Assembly: GCF_000734015.1 (NCBI RefSeq)
Contig: NZ_CP008796.1
Coordinates: 1,140,001-1,172,000 of the forward strand
DNA length: 32,000 nucleotides
Reading direction: 5' to 3'
Source: Thermodesulfobacterium commune DSM 2178
GTDB taxonomy: Bacteria; Desulfobacterota; Thermodesulfobacteria; Thermodesulfobacteriales; Thermodesulfobacteriaceae
Of the stretch, positions 1-5,287 are shown one piece after another; within the stretch, counting starts at the first letter, position 1, and each line of letters opens with the position of its first letter. The notes beneath the pieces are model-generated. The model searched no databases and was not told the DNA's origin. It worked only from the letters and a program-made list of their open reading frames with translations. The translations under genes were made by a program, and so were the position numbers.

Positions 1-554
1 CCTAACTCAAGGGTAGTATTTTTTAATAACAAGGCTATTTCCTCTCCACCCCATCTAACAGCCAGGTCTGTTTTCCTGAGGTTGGTTTTGATGACTTGAG
101 AGATATCTTTTAAAACCCTATCTCCTGCTTGGTGCCCAAAGGTGTCGTTGAATCTTTTAAAATCATCCACATCTGCTAAAACCAAGCAATACGGTGGGTT
201 GGCTAACTCTTTTCTTAAGAGATTTTCAGCAAACTGTCGTGTTAGAAGACCTGTCAACTGGTCAACCCTTGCAAAATCTCTCAACATCTCATAGGAGGTT
301 TTCAACGGTCTAACCAAGATATACTTTAGGAATGCTTTATCTAAAGCTACTCTACTTTCGTTAAACCTGACTACCACCCTATCTCCAAAAGGGTCCTGAT
401 GGATAATTTCTACCAAAGTTCCCTCCTGAACGCCAATGCTTTTTAACCTCAGGCTTAAGTCAAAGGAAGAAATACATATCACCTCAGCCAATTCTCCTAA
501 TGGGAAGTTAGACAGGGGATAAACGGTAAATTTTTGACATTTTCGTATACTCAT
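1..554 (-). CDS. FeoA-domain / GGDEF diguanylate cyclase fusion (partial; C-terminus lies beyond the left window edge)
   Basis: Hand translation of the minus strand from ATG at 554..552, with RBS GGAGGGAGG just upstream. It reads MSIRKCQKFTVYPLSNFPLGELAEVICISSFDLSLRLKSIGVQEGTLVEIIHQDPFGDRVVVRFNESRVALDKAFLKYILVRP (FeoA-like SH3 pattern), then ...RVDQLTGLLTRQ...LVLADVDDFKRFNDTFGHQAGDRVL...RKTDLAVRWGGEEIALLL (GGDEF core with an RxxD I-site 5 residues before GGEE). Open to position 1. Absent from the ORF track because it has no stop in the window. Confidence 0.8.
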   Translation of the reverse strand, partial: MSIRKCQKFTVYPLSNFPLGELAEVICISSFDLSLRLKSIGVQEGTLVEIIHQDPFGDRVVVRFNESRVALDKAFLKYILVRPLKTSYEMLRDFARVDQLTGLLTRQFAENLLRKELANPPYCLVLADVDDFKRFNDTFGHQAGDRVLKDISQVIKTNLRKTDLAVRWGGEEIALLLKNTTLEL

Positions 555-574
555 CCCTGCCTCCCTCCTTTTAA

Positions 575-907
575 CTATGATTTATGGTTTGTTTTAAGAA
601 CCATTATTTTCATCGCCAGTTTTCGGCTTAGCGCGATAAAAGTTTCTTCTACCCTAAGAAGAATAGGATTACCTGGCTTGTTTTGTTTTACCTCTACTAC
701 CTGCCCGGGTTTAAGCCCCATAGACCCAATCTTTTGGTTAACAACATCTTTTTTACCTCTTAGACAACACTTAACACCACCACAACCTCTACAGGTATAC
801 CAAGAATCAACCTTTAAGTCTGAAGAAAGAGAATAGATTTTGCCAAGCTCTCCTTCTCTAAGAAGAGCTAAAGGGATTAATCCCTTTTCTTTTAAACCCT
901 CAACCAT
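575..907 (-). CDS. FeoA-family small protein with a cysteine-rich insertion
   Basis: 110 aa ORF with RBS AGGGAGG before the ATG. LALLREGELGKIYSL ... MGLKPGQVVEVKQNKPGNPILLRVEETFIALSRKLAMKIMV matches the FeoA pattern. About 20 extra residues (SWYTCRGCGGVKCCLRG) sit between the first strand and the helix. Confidence 0.65.
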   Translation of the reverse strand: MVEGLKEKGLIPLALLREGELGKIYSLSSDLKVDSWYTCRGCGGVKCCLRGKKDVVNQKIGSMGLKPGQVVEVKQNKPGNPILLRVEETFIALSRKLAMKIMVLKTNHKS

Positions 908-967
908 GTCTGACCTCCCTTATTTAATTTATTCTGCATTTCATTTGCAATAAATAGACAAAAAAAT

Positions 968-1246
968 TTAGGCATGCACCCTTAACTGGGTAATAAGTTT
1001 TTTGATTCTACAAAGACCTTTGGACCGGCAAAAGATACATTTTTTCTTACCGCAACTTTTAGCAAGCTTAACAAGCTCATGAGATACACATCCTGTTATT
1101 ATGATTATGTAATCAGCTGATGAAAGGGTATAAGGAGCTTGAGGAGACCATCTGTTAATAAACCTGAGTTTCAGCTGGTTTTCTTTAGCATATTCTTCTA
1201 ACTAAGGTTTTAACCTATCGTGCCCTCCTACGACCACAACTGTCAT
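968..1246 (-). pseudogene. DUF2325-like gene interrupted by an in-frame TAG at codon 15 (1202..1204)
   Basis: Hand translation from ATG 1246..1244 (RBS AGGAGGG): MTVVVVGGHDRLKP*LEEYAKENQLKLRFINRWSPQAPYTLSSADYIIIITGCVSHELVKLAKSCGKKKCIFCRSKGLCRIKKLITQLRVHA*. The VGG...[DY]xxIIxTxxVSHxxxxxxK pattern is typical of DUF2325. The single frame is preserved on both sides of the stop. Confidence 0.5.
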
Positions 1247-1390
1247 ACCTACCCTCCTGTTTGTTTTTACCATCCTGCTTTTTAAAATTGCAATTGAAAT
1301 TAAATCTCAATTTACTCATATTTTTTATTTTGTCAAGTCTTTTTAGAATGTTTAAATTTTAAATTTTTAGGGTATTTGAATTTTTACCCC

Positions 1391-1418
1391 TTGACAAAAT
1401 TTTATCCTGCATTATAAT
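1391..1418 (+). promoter_or_regulatory. sigma70-type promoter of the peroxiredoxin operon
   Basis: TTGACA (1391-1396), 16 nt spacer, TATAAT (1413-1418). RBS AGGAGG at 1455-1460 lies 6 nt before the ATG at 1467. Confidence 0.55.
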
Positions 1419-1466
1419 TCTTATTAAAAATTAGTTTTAATTAAAAATAATTACAGGAGGTGGGTT

Positions 1467-2150
1467 ATGGAAGAGGTAAAAGAAGTAATCAGTATGCCAA
1501 GGATTGGAGACCAAGCTCCAAGTTTTGAGGCTATGACCACGATGGGACCTATCAAGTTTCCAGAAGACTTTAAAGGACAGTGGGTGGTGTTCTTTTCCCA
1601 TCCGGCAGACTTTACTCCAGTTTGTTCTACCGAGTTTTTAGCCTTTGCTCAGATGAACGAAGAGTTTGCCAAAAGAAACGTTCAGCTTTTAGGTTTAAGC
1701 ATAGACAGCGTGTTCTCTCACATCGCCTGGGCTATGAACCTAAAAGAAAAAACCGGAATAGAGATTCCCTTCCCTATAGTAGCTGATGCTGATGGTAGAG
1801 TAGCAAAGCTTTATGGGATGTTACATCCAGGAGAAAGTTCCACCGCTACCGTAAGGGCTGTTTTTATCATAGACCCTAACGGTAAGATAAGGGCTATAAT
1901 TTACTATCCTCTTTCTGCAGGAAGAAACATGAGAGAAATCTTAAGGTTGATTGATGCCTTACAAACTGCTGACAAGCATGGGGTAGCCACTCCTGCCAAC
2001 TGGGTTCCTGAGCCTCAGGTTTGGGAGTTTACTGAGGAGAACACAAAGGTAATAGTACCTCCTCCAACCTCCTATGAAGAGGCAGTAAACAGGGCTAAAC
2101 AGGGATATGAATACATCGACTGGTATTTTTGCAAGAAAAAACTGAGTTAG
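1467..2150 (+). CDS. peroxiredoxin (Prx6 / 1-Cys-like AhpC-TSA family)
   Basis: 227 aa. Peroxidatic motif FFSHPADFTPVCSTEF, and length and C-terminal extension typical of the archaeal/thermophile Prx6-type subfamily. Confidence 0.93.
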   Translation: MEEVKEVISMPRIGDQAPSFEAMTTMGPIKFPEDFKGQWVVFFSHPADFTPVCSTEFLAFAQMNEEFAKRNVQLLGLSIDSVFSHIAWAMNLKEKTGIEIPFPIVADADGRVAKLYGMLHPGESSTATVRAVFIIDPNGKIRAIIYYPLSAGRNMREILRLIDALQTADKHGVATPANWVPEPQVWEFTEENTKVIVPPPTSYEEAVNRAKQGYEYIDWYFCKKKLS

Positions 2151-2162
2151 AGGGAAAAAAAC

Positions 2163-2396
2163 ATGTCTACAGGTTGTGTAAGCCCTGACGGAAGGCTTAG
2201 CGAAAGAGCTCTTGGGCTGTTAAAGTTGTTAGAAGAAAAAGGGGCTCTTACCCCTGCTGAAATAGCAGAAATAACCAAAAGACCCCTTTTTCAAGTAAGA
2301 AGTTCGCTAAGAGAACTTACAGAGGCTGGGTTTATTACCTCATCAGAAGGGGAAAAATACAGGCTTACAGAAAAAGGACGTGCAGCTTTAAGTTAA
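2163..2396 (+). CDS. small winged-helix DNA-binding protein (MarR/ArsR-like fold), co-transcribed with the peroxiredoxin
   Basis: 77 aa, starting 12 nt after the prx stop. LLKLLEEKGALTPAEIAEITKRPLFQVRSSLRELTEAGFITSSEGEKYRLTEKG is a classic wHTH pattern. There is a single N-terminal Cys (MSTGC). Confidence 0.6.
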   Translation: MSTGCVSPDGRLSERALGLLKLLEEKGALTPAEIAEITKRPLFQVRSSLRELTEAGFITSSEGEKYRLTEKGRAALS

Positions 2397-2416
2397 AGCT
2401 CTTTTATTTTTATAAA

Positions 2417-2460
2417 AACAGGAGGAAGGGAAAAATTCCCTTCCTCCTGTTTAAACTTTT
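2417..2460 (+). terminator. rho-independent terminator of the prx-wHTH operon
   Basis: Perfect 14-bp stem AACAGGAGGAAGGG (2417-2430) / CCCTTCCTCCTGTT (2438-2451) with a 7-nt loop, followed by TAAACTTTTT. Confidence 0.75.
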
Positions 2461-2659
2461 TCACGTTTAGGGTCTAATTTAACCCCAAAATTTTCCTTAA
2501 AAAAGTTACCTTCTAACCCTTTTCTAACATATCTTTTTACTTTCCCCTTTTAAATTCAACCCTAAGAAGTTGACTTTTGATGTTTTTATGTTAACCTTTT
2601 TTAAATTTTTGGTTAACGAAATTTAAACCCTTTATCTAAAAACCAAAATCTCCTTTGGT

Positions 2660-4441
2660 ATGGGGGCAAAGATGGGGATAGGCAGGATTTTAGGATTAGG
2701 AGGGGTTTTGTGGTTTTTATTTAACACAAATGCAGAGGCTGAAAACAGCGAAAAGATTACCTCAGTTTTTCTTGAGGAGGTCAAGGTTACAGCCCCGGCA
2801 AGTGTTGAAACGGTTGAACGTGTCTCTCAAGAGGTAAAAGTGTTGAAAGAGGGTTGGGAGTTAAAGATCGGGCCTGAGAGGTTTTCTAATTTGCAATTTA
2901 GAGAAAGAGGAGAGTTTGGGGTGCAGCAGGATCTTTCTATCAGAGGTTCTACGTTTGAGCAAAATCTGGTAGTTTTTGAGGGTATAAGACTTTCTGACCC
3001 TCAAACAGGGCATCATCTTATGAACCTTCCTTTCACTCAAGAAGAGCTTTCTTCTGTAGAGTTGCTGGCAGGAGGAGCAAGTGCCCTTTATGGCCCTGGT
3101 GGTTTTGGTGGAGCCATCAACTTTAACCTCAAAAAGCCAGAAAAGGGAGTTTTTTTATCAGGAGGATACGGAAGCTATGACCTATGGGAGATGAAAGGTA
3201 GCTTAGGTTTTGAATTAGGAAACACCCCTTTAGGAATTAATCTTTCTCAGCAGAAATCAAACGGTTTTATCTGGAACCGAGATTTTGACATAAGAACTTT
3301 TAATACCTACGTAAAAGACCAAAGTAAACTAATTTTTTATGGTTTTCAGGAAAAAGACTTTGGGGCAAGAAATTTTTATACCACTAAATACAACACAGAA
3401 TGGGAAGAAACAAGGACCCATCTTTTTGTAGCCAAAAAGAATTTTTACGGAAATTCATGGTTTTTTGAGCCTGCACTGCTATACAGAATCCATTATGATA
3501 CTTATCTTCTTGATCGCAATAATCCAGACTTTTATAAAAACCAGCACAAATCTCAGGTATTAAGGGCAAACTTGCCTTTAAGGTTAGAAAAAAGACTTGC
3601 TGACTATGTGGTTGGAGTTGAGGCTTCTTATGAAACCCTTGATAGCTCAAGGCTGGGAGACCATGTTAGACAAGGGTTAGGGGCTTATTTTTGGATATAT
3701 CCGAAGATAAGTGATAAATTTTTCCCAAGCCTTGGGGTTCGATATGACAGCCTGGCTAAGAATGAAGACCTCTTTTCTTACTACTTAGGGCTTGCCTATC
3801 TGATCAACCCTAAGCTAAAAACCAGGGCCTCTTTTAGTTTTTCCTATAGAGCTCCAAGCTTTACAGAACTATACTATGATTCGCCTTATACCAAGGGTAA
3901 CCCTGGTCTTTCTAACGAAAAGGCCTATAACTCAGAAATAGGTTTTGATTATAAGACCTCACACGTTGCTCTTTCAGGAACGCTTTTTTATAGAACAGGG
4001 AAAGACATCATAGACTGGATAAAGGTAGGAGCTATAACTCAAGCTCAAAACATAGAGGAACTAAAAACCTTGGGAGCTACCATGGACTTAAACATAGCAT
4101 TTAACAGGATTAAACCGTTTCTAAGCTATACCTACTTAAACCAGGTAGCCAAAAACCTAAGTTCAGCCAGATACCAGGGTTCTTATCTAAGACATAACTT
4201 AGTAGGTGGGGTTTATGCAAAACTTCCCTGGGATATAGATTTGATCGTTAGCGCCAACCTGAGAAAACCCTATCGAGCTAATGAGATATACCTTTTAAAC
4301 CTGGAATTGAAAAAACAGTTTAAAACCGGGGTTGGCCTTAGTTTATGGGGAAAAAACCTTCTTGACGAAGAATACGAGGAAATAAAAGGGGTAAAGGCCT
4401 GGCCTCAAACCTTTGGGTTAAGAATAGAGTTTAAAAAGTAA
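2660..4441 (+). CDS. TonB-dependent outer-membrane receptor (BtuB/FepA-size class)
   Basis: 593 aa. It has an N-terminal signal-like segment, a plug-domain pattern (DLSIRGSTFEQNLVVFEGIRLSDPQTGHH..NLP) and alternating beta-barrel repeats through to the C-terminus. The true start may be the second ATG at 2672, which is preceded by GGGGG. Confidence 0.85.
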   Translation: MGAKMGIGRILGLGGVLWFLFNTNAEAENSEKITSVFLEEVKVTAPASVETVERVSQEVKVLKEGWELKIGPERFSNLQFRERGEFGVQQDLSIRGSTFEQNLVVFEGIRLSDPQTGHHLMNLPFTQEELSSVELLAGGASALYGPGGFGGAINFNLKKPEKGVFLSGGYGSYDLWEMKGSLGFELGNTPLGINLSQQKSNGFIWNRDFDIRTFNTYVKDQSKLIFYGFQEKDFGARNFYTTKYNTEWEETRTHLFVAKKNFYGNSWFFEPALLYRIHYDTYLLDRNNPDFYKNQHKSQVLRANLPLRLEKRLADYVVGVEASYETLDSSRLGDHVRQGLGAYFWIYPKISDKFFPSLGVRYDSLAKNEDLFSYYLGLAYLINPKLKTRASFSFSYRAPSFTELYYDSPYTKGNPGLSNEKAYNSEIGFDYKTSHVALSGTLFYRTGKDIIDWIKVGAITQAQNIEELKTLGATMDLNIAFNRIKPFLSYTYLNQVAKNLSSARYQGSYLRHNLVGGVYAKLPWDIDLIVSANLRKPYRANEIYLLNLELKKQFKTGVGLSLWGKNLLDEEYEEIKGVKAWPQTFGLRIEFKK

Positions 4442-4444
4442 TCT

Positions 4445-4474
4445 GTTTAAAGGGGCGTTAACGCCCCTTTAAAC
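4445..4474. terminator. bidirectional terminator hairpin between the convergent TonB-receptor and rubrerythrin genes
   Basis: Perfect 30-nt palindrome GTTTAAAGGGGCGTTAACGCCCCTTTAAAC, flanked by T-rich runs on both strands. Confidence 0.7.
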
Positions 4475-4488
4475 CATTTAAAAGATTT

Positions 4489-5064
4489 TTACCAGTTTTC
4501 ACAGACTAATTCAAAGTAGGCTCTTGGGTGGTCGCAAGAAGGACACTTTTCAGGTGCTTCAAGTCCTCTGTGAATATAACCGCAGTTTCTGCATCTCCAG
4601 ATGACTTCTATCTTTTTCTTGAAAACCGTTCCTTCCTTCAGGTTGTTGGCTAAAGCAAGGTATCTTTTTTCATGAAACTGCTCAGCTATAGCTATGGCTT
4701 CAAACACTCTGGCGATTTCCTCAAAACCCTCTTCTCTTGCGATCTTAGCAAAGGTAGGATACATTACTTTATATTCATAGTTTTCTCCACTTGCTGCATG
4801 AAGCAGGTTTTCAAGGGTGTTTCCCAATTTTCCTGCAGGAAACTTAGCGGTAATCTCTACCTCTCCTCCTTCTAAAAACTTATAAAGCCTTTTTGCATGC
4901 TCCTTTTCCTGGTTAGCAGTCTCCTCAAAGATAAAGGAAATCTGTTCAAATCCCTCTTTTTTAGCTATAGAGCTGTAAAAGGTATAACGGTTACGCGCCT
5001 GGGACTCTCCAGCAAAGGCAGTCAAAATGTTCTTTTCTGTCTGGGTGCCCTTTAGACTTTTCAT
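4489..5064 (-). CDS. rbr: rubrerythrin
   Basis: 191 aa. It has an N-terminal ferritin-like diiron domain (ESQARNRY...EEKEHAKR...) and a C-terminal rubredoxin-like CRNCG...CPSC. RBS AGGAGG at 5071-5076. Confidence 0.95.
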   Translation of the reverse strand: MKSLKGTQTEKNILTAFAGESQARNRYTFYSSIAKKEGFEQISFIFEETANQEKEHAKRLYKFLEGGEVEITAKFPAGKLGNTLENLLHAASGENYEYKVMYPTFAKIAREEGFEEIARVFEAIAIAEQFHEKRYLALANNLKEGTVFKKKIEVIWRCRNCGYIHRGLEAPEKCPSCDHPRAYFELVCENW

Positions 5065-5100
5065 ACCTAACCTCCTTATTATTTTTTTTATTTAAGAATT

Positions 5101-5128
5101 ATTATAATATATTTTCTCTAAAAGTCAA
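5101..5128 (-). promoter_or_regulatory. sigma70-type promoter of rbr
   Basis: Read on the minus strand: TTGACT (5128-5123), 16 nt spacer, TATAAT (5106-5101). Confidence 0.5.
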
Positions 5129-5228
5129 GACATCTTTACAGGTTTTTTAAATTATTTTTTTATAATCTTTGAGCCTTCATCTAACCAATAGATAACAATC
5201 TTATTTAGGAGATGTAAGGGTTAGATTA

Positions 5229-5275
5229 GGGAAAAAGAAAGATACCCTGGGAAGGGTTAGTTAGCCTTCCCAGGG
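5229..5275 (-). terminator. rho-independent terminator after the long flgE
   Basis: The minus strand reads CCCTGGGAAGG (5275-5265), 9-nt loop, CCTTCCCAGGG (5255-5245), then TATCTTTCTTTTTCCC. Confidence 0.7.
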
Positions 5276-5287
5276 AGAACCAAAAAA

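Noticed and set aside
534-836. 100-aa plus-strand ORF
   Set aside because: It lies entirely antisense to the FeoA gene and the FeoA-GGDEF start. It has no RBS, a low-complexity hydrophobic composition and no recognisable motifs, so it is a shadow ORF of the real minus-strand genes.
1202-1204. In-frame TAG as pyrrolysine or programmed recoding
   Set aside because: There is no pyl gene context and no methylamine methyltransferase family, and I see no downstream structured element. A pseudogene or a sequencing error is far more parsimonious. It is kept as a finding only for verification.
1580-1786. 68-aa plus-strand ORF inside the peroxiredoxin gene
   Set aside because: It is an out-of-frame overlap with a well-supported CDS. 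It is Arg/Ser-rich nonsense and has no RBS.
2460-2659. Possible cobalamin, TPP or other riboswitch upstream of the TonB-dependent receptor
   Set aside because: The region is almost pure A/T with no GC-rich paired elements or conserved riboswitch cores that I can recognise by eye. A covariance-model scan would be needed to exclude one formally.
3384-3650. 88-aa minus-strand ORF, plus similar antisense ORFs at 4672-4875, 5486-5755, 6071-6319, 6142-6378, 6410-6592, 7410-7664, 10539-10727, 15298-15621, 16597-16788, 17019-17252, 20923-21283, 22713-22907 and 27036-28996
   Set aside because: All of them sit inside, and antisense or out of frame to, strongly supported genes (TonB receptor, rbr, flgE, fliK, nuoL/K/J/B, CoA-binding protein, ppsA). 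None has an RBS or a recognisable motif. They are typical shadow ORFs.
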